Source of the DNA: Klebsormidium nitens | Lineage: Eukaryota > Plantae > Klebsormidiophyceae | NCBI GenBank assembly: GCA_000708835.1 | Contig: DF236979.1 | Location: 186,001-250,000, forward strand | DNA length: 64,000 nt | Reading direction: 5' to 3' | Shown here: positions 35,101 to 47,316 of the stretch, piece by piece | How positions within the stretch are numbered: the stretch's first letter is position 1 | Layout: every line of letters starts with the position of its first letter | The notes under the pieces: model-generated | Told to the model about the DNA's origin: nothing | Seen by the model: only the letters and a program-made list of their open reading frames with translations | The model's database searches: none | Position numbers and translations under genes: made by a program

Positions 35101-38015
35101 CTTAGGGAAGGAGTTTGCGGTGCCGTCTTCTCGGCGGGGAACTAGGTTGGCGAGGCGGGAGAGAGCGAAAAGGTGGGCGCACCAGCAGCAGCAGCAGGGG
35201 GGACGCCGGTGGCGGGATGAAAAAGGGGTTGGCGGGGCGCAACCGAACCTGCTGACGATGATCACGAGGGACGCTGTGCTATTGACACCCGAGGAGGAGG
35301 TGGAGTGCACGCAGCAGATTAGGGTGAGCGCCTGGTGTCAAACGCCCTGTTAAGGCTCCGTTTGGGCGGAGTGTGGTGTGCTGACTTCTCTGTTGGGCTG
35401 GTTTTCCGCGCATGCTTGTCCTATGCTCTCATTGATCTTAGCAATCACCATATCTGGTGTTGAGACTCCTCATCCCCTGTGCTCGTTACCCTTGTTCCAC
35501 GTGTCAGTAGAGCAGCCCTTTGCATATCGCAATCTCTGGGCGTTCGGGGAAGAGCTAGAGACTCTGGTCTCAACTCTACCCCACCCCATTGCTTGCCAGC
35601 AGCGTCTGTGATCAGCACGCATTCAGAATCTTCGTATTCTTCCTACTCGAAAACTCGAGCTTGATTCCTGGATGCTAAACGAAAGATCCCAAGCCCTCCG
35701 TCTTTCTCCTCCCCCCTCCCTTTCGAGTCATTGCCCATCCCTGCCTGCGGATGCTTCGCGCACCTCTAAACTTAGCGCTCCAAACGTCTAAAACCAACCG
35801 GATCTTTGCTTTGCAGGAGAAGCTACGGCTGGAGCAGGGCGCGGGACATCTGGCAACCGACCTGGGGCGGGAGCCGTCGATGGATGAGCTGGCCGAGAGT
35901 TACGGGATGACGACGGCAGACTTCCGGGAGGTGTGGGTGCGCGGCGAGAACGCCAAGGCGCGCCTCGTCAAAAGCAACCTTCGGCTAGTGATCTCGATTG
36001 CCAAGGCGTACCAGGGAAGGGGGCTGGAGTTGATGGACCTCATACAGGTCAGATATTATTGGTTTGCTTGCAAATGCTTTTTGAATGAGTTTTTCAAGTA
36101 TCGTTTCCTCGCTGTTGGACATTGTTCACTTCTGTAGTAGTGTTGGGCGGGAAGAACGTCCAGATATCAGGAATAGGACACACGAACATTGGTTTGTTTC
36201 CTGGTAGCATCCTGGTTTTCTATAATTGGAAGGGTGTTTAAATTCATCATCTGCCTTCTCTCACCGCACTTTGAGTTGCAGCATCCAAAGCTTTCCGAAA
36301 CACTGGAGAAACAGCGATTATAGCAAGAGTGGTGGGAAGACATTGCTTGCAACTCAAGCATCTTTTGCTGTTTTTGTCTGCAGGAGGGGAACGTGGGCCT
36401 GATGCGGGGTGTGGAAAAGTTCGACACCTCCCTCGGGTACAAGTTCTCGACTTACGCACACTGGTGGATCAGGCAGGCCGTCGCTCGGGCAGTGCAAGAG
36501 CACGGGAGGACCATCCGGTTACCGGTGAGTGACGTCATCAAGCACAAGCATTGGTATCCCAGCAATTTATGCCAAGCAGGGTCGAATATTTCAGTGATAT
36601 CATTGGGCATCAAGCAAACGTAGACGACTGAGATTCCCTACCAGATTGAGAAGCTTTGGCTTTGGCTTGGAAGATTTGCCCGCAGTTTTATGAGATATTT
36701 AAGCAGGTTCGAGGCAGAAGCAACGCTCTGGATATCAAGCTTTCGATTTGCATCCATGAGTTGTAAGTACTCACCGTTCGCCGATCTGAGTTCCAATTTC
36801 GTTGACAAAATTGAATCTTCGGCGCGTCGCAAGATCTGCTCCGTTTCAGAGATGTCCCTGTCCTCTTTGAGACTCTTCGTCCTCTTTCCTTCAGGCAGTG
36901 TCGCTCACCCTCGGTAATCGTTTGCAACCGGAACCATTCAATTCATCAATCATTGAATCCTCGACCTTGTCATGAACATGCTTTCATCCTCATTTCTACA
37001 GACCCACATGTACGAGGCGATCCCCAAGATCATTCACGCCAAGCGCCTGCTCAAAGCGAAGCTCCACCGGGACCCGACGGTCCAGGAGATTGCAGCGCTC
37101 ACTGAGTACGCCCCCGAGAAAGTGACCCTCGCGATTGCGGCCAACCAGCGGCCCCGCTCCGCGGAGCAGGTCGGCCGGTATGGCGGGGGTGGGGACGCAG
37201 AACAGGAACCGCAGGAAACGCTGCTGGTAAGTTTGTGCTGGTGTTCGGCTGCTGAACTTGGGGTCGTGTTGTTTCAAAGAGATGGTTCTTCCGGCGCCAG
37301 CACTTCATTCGAGTGCTTCGGAGTTTGGAATTGAGGTTTGGGCATCTCGGAACCAAAAGATGCAAGGTTTGGCGCGGACTCATGCGTCTGGACGTCATCG
37401 ATTGGTTGGTGATGGTAGCAATTCTGCCTGATATTAACATTCCATATGTTTCGTAAGCTTAGGCTCATTGAACAGGCCAAACAGTAAAGGGCAGCCCACA
37501 GTCGGTTGCTTCCTTCCAACGGCCTTCGGTATTTTATAATGAAGTTAGTGCTCTGCTCTTTCGGGCTCTACTCTTGGTCAGTTTAGTCGAAGGAGCTGGG
37601 AGTCGGTTTTTGGAGGGCTTTTACGGTTTCGAAGACTTCCTAATCCCACTACTGAAGCAGTTTCAACCGGATCTTGGTTGGGTCAGTCACCGAGTAAATT
37701 GCTGACCCTTCTTTGTGGTCCTTGCAGGATCAGCTCGTGTTGCCAGGCGATGACGAGACTGGGACCGCGATGCTTGCAGAGGATCATCTTCTTCGCAACC
37801 TTGCGGCGGCGCTTGAAACCCTGAACGGCAGGGAAAAGGAAGTTTTGTCCATGCGATTCGGCTTGGACGATGGGAGGCCGAAACCTTTCGAGGAGATTAG
37901 CATTAAGTTCAACGTCACCAAGGAGCGTATTAGGCAAATAGTTCTGAGGGCGCTTAGGAAGTTACAGGACCCGGCCATATTCTTGACACTGAAAGACTTT
38001 GTAGAGAAAGGTTAA
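32101..38015 (+). CDS. SIG: Nuclear-encoded plastid RNA polymerase sigma70 factor; exons 32101-32191, 32892-33138, 33776-34118, 34526-35323, 35817-36047, 36384-36524, 37002-37226, 37728-38015
   Basis: Region 2 ([53 protein letters not shown]) and region 4 ([36 protein letters not shown]). Ala/Ser-rich N terminus. The SIG subfamily was not assigned. Confidence 0.92.
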
Positions 38016-40044
38016 GAGGTAATTGAAGCCGGGGGGCATCATATCGGAGGGGCGACCGCAGGTTTTAGTTAGTTAGCCACATTGGCTCACGCTTTTGTGC
38101 ACAGTACCATACTAAGCAGGCTAATGCGCGTTGAGGGCAAATGTGGTGGTTTGAGAAGATGGACGAAACGCCGTCGTTCTCAAACTCCAATGTTAGAAGA
38201 CTCTCTAGATCGCAGGGATGTGGAGTATTCGAGGGTTAGGCCTTCTTTCCAGATCAAGGTTTCTCCAAGTCAACTTCTTCGGTGGCAGATTAGTAGTCAT
38301 GGCTTTACGACGATCTTTAGCTAATGGGCAGAGACCACTTGTGGACGCTCATGCATGCATGGCTTTCTAAGGAGTTTCACCAATTTTGGGACCCGTGCGA
38401 GGTCCAAACGAAGCCGGCGACTGAGCACAGTTCCACGCCCAATTTTTATGCATTGAGCGAGATTGCTCCATGACATTCTGCCCCTTGATTGAGATCAAAT
38501 ATGCTTTTCCGGGCAGCTTTGAATCGTTGCGTTGTGGGCATTGATCAGGTATATCTGACTCAAGCGTACCCGGAGCTTGGTCGTTCAACCATTAATTTGC
38601 CAGGCAGCTGCGGGGCATTCATGAATTACGCGTCCCTGATCGGATTGAACTTAAGTACGTGCGTGGCATGGTTTGTTTGCACTTGATTGGATTGCCTGCA
38701 GCACAGTCGTTTCATCTTATTTTTCTCACTACGCCGCCACACGTACTGATGCGCCCGGCTGGCCGGGGCGCTGCATATGTGGTCGTTAGAAGGATACTAT
38801 ACCATGTCTGGTAATCAATTCTTTATCGAATATAGGTATACCTTAGTATAATTATTTGACCGGACCAGTTGGTATCGCGAACTCGAGATCTTGCATGAGC
38901 GCCCTGCAGCCCGGCCCATGTTAGTTCCATATATATCGCCCGGGCAGCAGCTGTATATTTAAGCAAAAAGAAGCTCACTCTGCCTGAACTGCGACTCCCG
39001 GCAGAATCTGTTTATTGAATACCCTAATCCACCCTATAACCATGCACCATGTAAATCCCAAACCAACTGACTCGTTGCACGCGCGAGCGCGCGGCGCTTG
39101 CCTCAAGGCACACTGCGGCCTTGAAGTCAAGAATAGGGCACAGTGACTAGACTCGAATCAATTTATTGTCATCTTGTTCGACATGACGGTACCGTTGCAT
39201 CTATAAAATCGCTGGCAAGTTGAAACGGGTTGGCCCTCGATCATTGGATTTGAGCAGTGACCGTCGATCCATGATTCGATCATGTCAAGCATGCATGTGT
39301 CTTGATTGAAGCTTACCAGTCTAGCTAGCTCGCGACGTGTAGCAAAGTCAATAGGCTGCATGTTTGATGTCGTGCAAGCGGCCTGCATATGAACGGTTGC
39401 ACGCATGCTTCGCAGTTGGCTCCTTGAATGTCACGACACCAGCTCGAACAATCTACGAGAGTCAAAGTTTATATTAGAGCATTTATCTACAGTTGTCTAC
39501 TTAATCCTCAAGGAGGGCAAGTATATTGACGGTTTTCAGCGACTTTCTAGCTGTACAAAGTACAAAGTCAAGCCCCGGCGAGAACGCGTCCGACAAGCGC
39601 TGCAAACTGCAAACTTGCCCCTCCCCCTGTGAACTGTACACTCAACATTCTATATACAAGTCGCCTATACTGGATTTACAAAACTACATGTCTGCGTCAC
39701 TTTTGAGGATTTACCTTCTGCATCACCTTTTGAGGATTGTTGGCAGGATTTCTATGCATGTCTGGACTTTTGACAGCATGTGACGTCAACCAGACAGCTT
39801 TAACCCCGGCTGCCTGCCAGCAATCCTCGTCCTGAAATCAAACCCCCTTTTCAATTTCGCTACCGACTGTTCACGGCGTCTCCTATGTCACTACTGAAAA
39901 CACAATCCTAAGTTTCCGGGTTGATCCGCCCGTTTCAACCCAGAAGTCACCAGATTCTCGCCCAGTCCTCGGCCCCGGCGCCTAACCCGCTTACCCCGCC
40001 TGAGAAGTCGCCATCTCCTCTCAACCCCTTGCAAGATTCCGTTG

Positions 40045-43000
40045 TCAGGGCTCCCCCTGAAACGCGGCCGGAATGAAGAACGTGCTCGGAAACGTCCCGG
40101 CACTATTCGGCAGCAGCGTCAGAATGCATATGCTCAGCAGCACCCATCCGAAGAACGTGCGTCCCTGCCCCAGGGGGGTAATCTCATCTTCCGCGGGGAG
40201 CTCCTCCCCCCGCCGAAAAAGCAGGATAATGAACCCCCACGCGAGGCAAAGGATGCTCCCGGAAAACCCCCCCACTCCGAGGAGGGCCGCCGTGAAGATG
40301 GACACGCGGTTTGCGGGCGCGCGCCCGAAGAGCGCCTGGGCGATGCGGCCCCCCTCGAGGCGGCCGGTGGGCAGCAGGTTGAGGCTCGTGATGACCATGC
40401 CTGGGTGGAAGAACTTAAGAGATCGATGCGAATTTCTAACAAGGGGGGATTTGCAAAGTCCATGAAAAGTGTGGGGTTCCAATAGTAGGTCGGTGCTAAT
40501 GATGACCATGCCTAATGATAAACAGCACAAAAAGAAGTTGTGACGATAGTTGATGCAAACAAACGATAGGCGGAAACGATTTACGGAAGAAGTGAGTTCT
40601 TGAGTTCTGGGGATCCAAGAAAGGATTGAAGAGAGGTCAGGCCCGTGATGACCATGGCTGCTGGCATATACAGCGAGAGTTGAAAGTAAGAGGCTTTTGA
40701 TAGGCTTTTGCTAGGCTTCTGATAGGACTACTAAATGTTTCATCTGACCCATTGACGTCCCAGGTGGTGCCCAAGTTGACGTGCCTGCGCAAGCGATCAG
40801 GGACTCTAAAAACTGAAAGGAAACAAGTGCCCCACATAGCAGGCCTGCGAGAAAAACCGGGTTGAAAAGGAAACGGAAAAACTAGTTCAGCTCACTCATT
40901 ACACCCTGAGAGGCAATCGAAAAAAATGAACCGGGCAACAGAGAGGAAACAAAAGCTCACCTAGCAGGCCTGCGAAGACGAAAAAGTAGACCTTGGGATC
41001 AGGTTGCCAAGAACATCCTCAACGGCGATCGGGAAGTTTGAACCGGGCAACAGAGAGGACAGAAAAGCCCACCTAGCAGGCCTGTGAAGGCGACCGGGTT
41101 GACCGGAGCAAGAAATATATTCAACTCTCTTAGCACACCTATATTTGCAACCAGAAAGTCTTGAAGATATTCAAAGCAAAGAAAGGCGTAGTGTCGCCCT
41201 CTCTGCGAACCATCCACTTCTTTTCAATCTTGTCCCAAACCCTTTTCAAAAAGACGATTCGGATTAGCCCACCCAGCAGGCCTGCGAAGGCGACCAGAGA
41301 ATTCCAAACCGGGGCGGTAAAACGGAAAAAACAGCCCACCTAGCAGGCCTGCGATGGCGACCAGGAGAGTAGAAGCCGGGCTATCGAAACCGGGCTTCCA
41401 AAACGGCGGCAGAAAGAAGGTTCCAGCCCACCGAGCAGGCCTGCCAAGGCGAGCAAGGAGCCCTGACCGGCCAAAAGAAGAGGAAGAAGAGAGCCTACCT
41501 GGCGGGCCTGCGAAGGGGACCGGAATTAACTGGAAAACAAAGGTCCGCTCACTTAGCACACCTGTAATTGTAATCGGAACCTCTGAACCGGGCGGTCACA
41601 GGAAAGGCATAGCGTTGCCTTCTCTACGATCTAACGAGCCTTTGTCTAAGATTTCCGAGCCTCGAAAAAGAGAAAGCAAACAACCTAAATCAGCCCACCT
41701 AGCAGGCCTGCAAAGGCGACCGGGTTGACCGGGACCCCGAGCTCGGGGACTGCGTGCGGGAGCACGTTGCCCAGTTCGTCGGCATACGGGCCGATGACGT
41801 ACTGGATGAAGCTGAGCAGAAAGTTGGGCTGGAAGAAGTTGGGCTGTACATATCTGCAGGAAGAACAATCTGGGCTCAGGAAGAAGACGCAGTGTTTCTG
41901 CAGGCTAACCTCGTTCGGCGCCTTCTGTTCTCAACCACTGACGTACGGATCTCAGAATTACAGAAGAGGGACCAGATCGAGCAACAAAACAATCCGTCGG
42001 GCGCTCTCGCCTGAGGTGACGTCTCAGTGCCGCATCAAACGCTTTAGCTCACAACAGGGAAGGATGCGAATGTGAGCCACTCACGATCAAAATTGCTGGC
42101 GCCTCGAGAGAGACCAGCTCCTTGGTCGGCGAATAGCCGGTCTCATCCTTCCGTCCCTTCCCAAAACTTACACTTTCCCCGATCTACTCAACAGGAAGCG
42201 AGTAAAAAGTAAGCTCTCTTAGTGTATCTAAAACCCTAGTCCGAAAGTTCACGCCCTTTGGACCCATACCCAGATAAAGTTCCGTACGACTTCACCTTCA
42301 CGGCGCTGAAGTCTACTAAGCCAATCGGAATGAAACTTACAGGGGATGCGCGCCTCCGTTGACACCTCCATCTTGCAAGAAGGCGGCAATCGCGAGGGAG
42401 AGCGAAGAGAACCACCCGGCCGCGGCGCGAGACGCGGCCACGTCAAACAGCGCCTTGCGTGACGGCAGCACAGATTCGATCTCGGTGGCCACTCCGAGGA
42501 AGCCCAGCCAACCGGAGGGGATCAGGTAAGGTGGGCTGAGTTTGATGCCGTATTTTCTAGCGGTCAGTCGTTGGCAGATCTGCAAAAGAGGAAAATGAGA
42601 TCTGTTTGCTAACCTAACTGCATCTGACACATGGCGAAATAAAGGCTTATGAGATTGGGCGGGCTCAATTTTACGCTGTAGTAAGTAGCGGTCAGGCGTT
42701 GGCAGGTCTGCGGAACTGAAGTGAAGACTGTGTGCTTTCTGGCAGCGGACGGCGAATAAAGCCTTCTTTGTTACAATTCTAAGAGTTATACATCCGAGGG
42801 TTATGTCAAACGGCAGGACGACTTGCGCGGAACAGTTTTGCAAGGAAAAATGGATTCGTGACTGTCTTGGCTGCGTCCATAATCATGAGTGGCAGGTTGC
42901 GAGCGGAAACGTTGCAACGTAGAGCGTACTCGAAAGACCATATGATTCTGCCGGTGGCAAACTCGCTACGATCAAAGAGGTTAAGACATGAGCGGCCGAA

Positions 43001-46000
43001 ATACGCAATTTCGAGTGAGGCACTGGCGGCGGGTGAATTTTTGTCAGTATGGAGGTAGCATCTTCGAGGCGTTCAGACCCGGCGCTTCCCTAATCTTCCT
43101 TATCAATCTGCTGAAATACTCATAACCATAAACTCTCATAACCATCAACTCTAATAGTAATAAGGATCTCATAGTATACGAGAATAAATCTCCTGGTTAA
43201 CCGACACTAAGATCCTAAACACAGATTAAACTCATGTTAACATAAATCTTGCTCATGTGAATACTCGATGATAGAGAGAGTGACTCGGAGACTTTGTTTC
43301 CTTGCGCACCAGTCACGCGATTGATGCTCTAGCGTCGGCAAAACGGGGGTCGCGATCAGAAAAGGGATTAAACTCAATCGGAGGCACAATCAACAGCAAA
43401 GATCAGAAAAAGGATTAAACAAGATCAGGTCCAAGGAGCGGGGGAACGAACAGCTATCCTTACACGAAAAACAACCTCCAACAGTTGGGTTTAAGAGAAT
43501 CCAACAATCCTGGCCCAAAGGGAATGAGATGGACGGAAAATCAGGTGCGAATTTCCCGGAAACAGTTTGCAAGAACCAGAAAAACAACGAAGACTCCTCA
43601 CTTCTGACGCTCCCAGGAAGACGGTCAGGCCCCCGAGCAACGGAACCGCGTGTTCGAACCCCGCGTCCACTTCGCTGGGCCCCAGACTGACCCGGGAAAG
43701 GAAGACGGTGGTGAACATGGTCGCCGCAAGCAAGGCCAGCGAAAGGGGCCATCGGGCGACCCCCCCGAGGCGCCGCTGCTCGAGCCGCTCGTCAATTTCA
43801 GCCTTGGGCTGAACCACGCAAGCCTGCGTTCAACGAGAGTAACGGACCAATTCGTTTAATTCTTCTGGGGGGGATTCAGATTGTTTCGAATGATTGTTAT
43901 GACTGTCAATGCTTAGGCTGGACCACGCACGCCTGCGTTCGACGGAGTGTTTTGTGTCTTTATTTTCTTATTGAATTAAAATTATACCCTGTTTTCTTCC
44001 TGAGGTTTGCTTGGAGCGTAGTTTTGAGTATTGAGAGACTCCTGGATTTACAGATGCTGAGGCTCTAACGGTTCAAGATAGAACTTTGAAGAGTCATTCG
44101 TCGATCTCGGCCTTGGGCTGGACCACGCATGCCTGCGTGTGACGCGAGTTTTTCAGTGTTTCAGTGTGTTTATCTGCGATTTTTCCAGGGGGACGTTGAA
44201 GTGTTAGGGACTTTCTTAAGTCCGCATCGGACCTCATAAATCGTAAGGAAAGTGGAACAGACGTTTTTGATCTACCAAGACGGACGAGAGGGCTTGCTCA
44301 ATTCCCATCTTTCCTTGACTTTCAAGCAGGCAAAAATCTTGCTACGCCTCCCGCTGGTAGCACTGACTAACCGCCTTTGACAAACAATTTACACATTCCA
44401 GGTGCTTCTCGTAGGTAAAACACTCTGCTTAAGCCGCCCTTCTCGAAGCGATCCGGATCGTTGGAACTTCCGACAGATTTTTACCTGTTGTTTGAAAACC
44501 ATGAAAACGAGGCACAAGCCTAACTGATCTGAGCCAACGAAGTCATCTTACATGAAGATAGGAACTGTCATTTGCCTGCCTTATCAGCCACTAAAGAAAT
44601 TAGAGCTCTTCGAACTCCGATTGCAGTTGATAACCTGACTGTTTCTTTCTGCTCGTGAAACACAATCGATGACCCTGTTTAGACGCGACCAGAGTCCGAG
44701 GGCGGAGGAAATTGAAAGCTCAAATTCGTAATCCCATCCGACACACTGCACCCCGCTTTTCTCTCGCGACAAATCAGAAGCGGATGTCCTTACACCCGCC
44801 TCAATGAAAGGATCGACGTTGAGAAGATAGTCGTACCTGCTTGTCTGTGTACTCGTCAATGAGGAAGAAGAGCACAACCTCTACGCCCAGCTCTTCCGAG
44901 ATCTTCGCTTTGAGCTTGGGCGCAATATCCTCGATTGGCCCCCGCAGATTGCCAGGGAAGATCGCCCCCCTGCCATAGCGCTGCGAGTCTGTCGGGAAGT
45001 AGGTAGTGTAACTGAAGCACTTTCGAATCTGCATAGAGTTTGAAGAAACAGTCGTCAATGGGGCTGTGCGAGTGTCCCCAACAACATCCTAATCTGGGGC
45101 GTCTATCTGGAGGACTTCTCTTCTGCAGATGTGAGAGGGGGTCTTGTAATGCAATTGCGTCTATGGACAAACTGTGCTTCAAAAACGATTCACCCTTGAA
45201 AATGTTTTATGCACACGCTGCAAAACTCCAGTGACTTCCTCCAGAGCCTGAATTTATCACTTGCAAATCCGAACAATCAGGTATCAGGAGCTGTCCTGAA
45301 ATATACTTGCAGCCCGGGACTGTGTTCATTAGAATGAGATGCAGTTACATTGGTCAGCGCAGATGCCTCTCTACTTTGCAGTGATGGTGTCAGTCCGGTT
45401 TCAGCCTACAAACAAATGACTCCTTGTTGCTTCATACAACTCTCCTGATCTACTGCCCTTACAACCGGAGGTAGAGCTCTTGAAAAATCAAAATCAGAGC
45501 CTACACTTACCTCAGGTGATATTGGATCAGCCACCAGTCTCATCAGAGTAAGCCAGCTTTATGGCGCTCTTTTGATAAGTCAGTCTCCACGACAGACACG
45601 CCTCAGGTCACATCCAAACTTCTGTTTCTTGGGAGTCTTGTCCAATCGTCTACGTTTCTACAACGCACAGCCTTCTTTGACAAACAAGCTTGGTTCGCTC
45701 ACCTTAGCTATATCCAGGTTCTCCGCTGGCGGCCCCTTCTCCTTCCGCCCAAGCAAGACCGACGACGCCGCCAACGCTGCCTGGCCTAAGTCCTCTACTA
45801 GCTCAGCAAGCGTCCCTCCCACTGAATCCCTCTTTCCAGCAATAACTCGCTTCTGGCGCCACGTCAGGTTCTCGTACGACTGCTTCTCCTCGCTCGCTTT
45901 CTGCTTGACCTCCTCCAGCTCCTGAGCAAGCTGCTCCGTCTTGGCTGCCAGCTTGTCCGCTCTCTGCTTCTCCTGCCGCAATTGGCGGAAGACGGCCTCT

Positions 46001-46431
46001 GACGGCGCACCGGTGTCGCCCTTCACCTGAGCTTCAAGGTTTTTCTCAGTCTGCTTTGAGGTTGGCTGTTGATCCGGTGGGAGAGTTGGTCCTTTATTTT
46101 GCGAGTTTTCCGGCTTCTGCAAAAGTTCTGCCTCAGCTTTCCCATTTGTCTCTTCTTTCTCCTTCAATGCACTGCAGAGGACTCTGCGTGAGGCTCCTTT
46201 CTGACTCTGGCTTGTAATGCGACGCTCATAATCGCGAGAGCTTAGAAGAATTTGAGCTGGACGAGTGAATGAGCAGCTCTGCGCGCCATTCTTGCGCAAT
46301 TTTCCTTGAAAGCTGCAGGGGAATGACGGACAGCCGAAAGCAGGGCATCTTTTTGCTGGCAAGGAGCCGCCCAGGAAAGAAGTCGAAGGGTGCAGGAGAC
46401 TTCTTGCGGCCACTTTCCCGACAGACGCCAT
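40045..46431 (-). CDS. EGY3: EGY3-like chloroplast M50-family intramembrane pseudoprotease; exons 46431-45703, 45028-44837, 43823-43602, 42579-42341, 41853-41699, 40400-40045
   Basis: Motifs IRKCFSYTTYFPTD..GAIFPGNLRGP, ACVVQPKAEID, GIKLSPPYLIPSGW, GPYADELGNVLP..PVNPVAFAGLLGMVITSLNLLPTGRLEGGRIAQA and GEELPAEDEITP match EGY3 as recalled. No HExxH motif is seen. Confidence 0.9.
40830..41545 (-). repeat. Array of 7 degenerate copies of the EGY3 exon-5 3' end plus donor site
   Basis: Variants of GTCGCCTTYGCAGGCCTGCTAG|GTGGG recur near 40835, 40960, 41070, 41270, 41340, 41430 and 41497. Confidence 0.9.
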
Positions 46432-47316
46432 GCTTCTCCCGGCCCCTTCCTCGCTCAATCCCAGTGTGGAATCAGATCTGACGACTCTACACAGTAATTT
46501 CAGCCGTCAATGCAACAACCACCTTCATCATCATGGAATGCATATGGCAGGGAAGCTGGGGAAGGCTGAAACCATGGTGATCGCCCCTGGAGGTGGCTTC
46601 CACTTCAACGGCTGCGCCAGCTCAGCTAGCGGCCCTGGATGCGTGTACCTGTCATCATCATTTAGGTATCCCCTCGTACTGGACCTTCATCGAACGGTTA
46701 GAGCTCCTCAAAGCGTTAGTGTTAAAAGTTCCAATCAGATCGACGGCCGGCAGCGATTGTAACCGTTAGAGTGCCACGTGGAAGGACCGCAGCCAATCGC
46801 TTGCAATTTCAAGAGCGTCTTTTGCGCTGACAGCCTCTCAGACTGCTTTGAGAGAGCGACGCGTGGCGCCAGAGATGTGTCTTGGCGCCACAAACAAGTA
46901 GAGCGCGCACACTCAGCAAAACCGTGACTGCAGCACTTCGGAGATCCTCTGATGCTGAAGAACCTTCCCTCCCAACACCTTGGGAGGATATTCCATTCTT
47001 TGAAAATGTTCCTGATGGTGGCACCGTTGCAGGCGCAAGAAAGATGAAAGGAGGCCCTGCTATACTCTTCTGAGCTGTTCAGGTGATATTGCGTAGGTTT
47101 GAATCACCTAAACATCGCAACCGGCTAGCTACTTGGTGTTACCCTCGTGTTACCTATCACAAAAGAGCTTGGGAGGAATACGAGGTAATCTGCGCGTTCA
47201 TTTCCTTCCTTGGGGTTGCTTGGCTAGCCTCAAGGCATTTTGACGCGAGCGGTGATTGTGAGAGCAAGAGGGCTCAAGCCTCGCCGGTACTATTAGTTCA
47301 GGTGTTTGGAGGCAAG

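Noticed and set aside
40830-41545. Repeat-spacer-like array resembling CRISPR
   Set aside because: The repeat is the EGY3 exon/donor junction, spacing is irregular, the context is eukaryotic and no cas genes are present.
45505-45560. Strong minus-strand donor (CCTGAG|GTAAGT) suggesting an extra EGY3 exon
   Set aside because: Exon 1 (LDIAK) joins exon 2 (IRKCF) in phase and collinear with the family motif, so no extra exon is needed.
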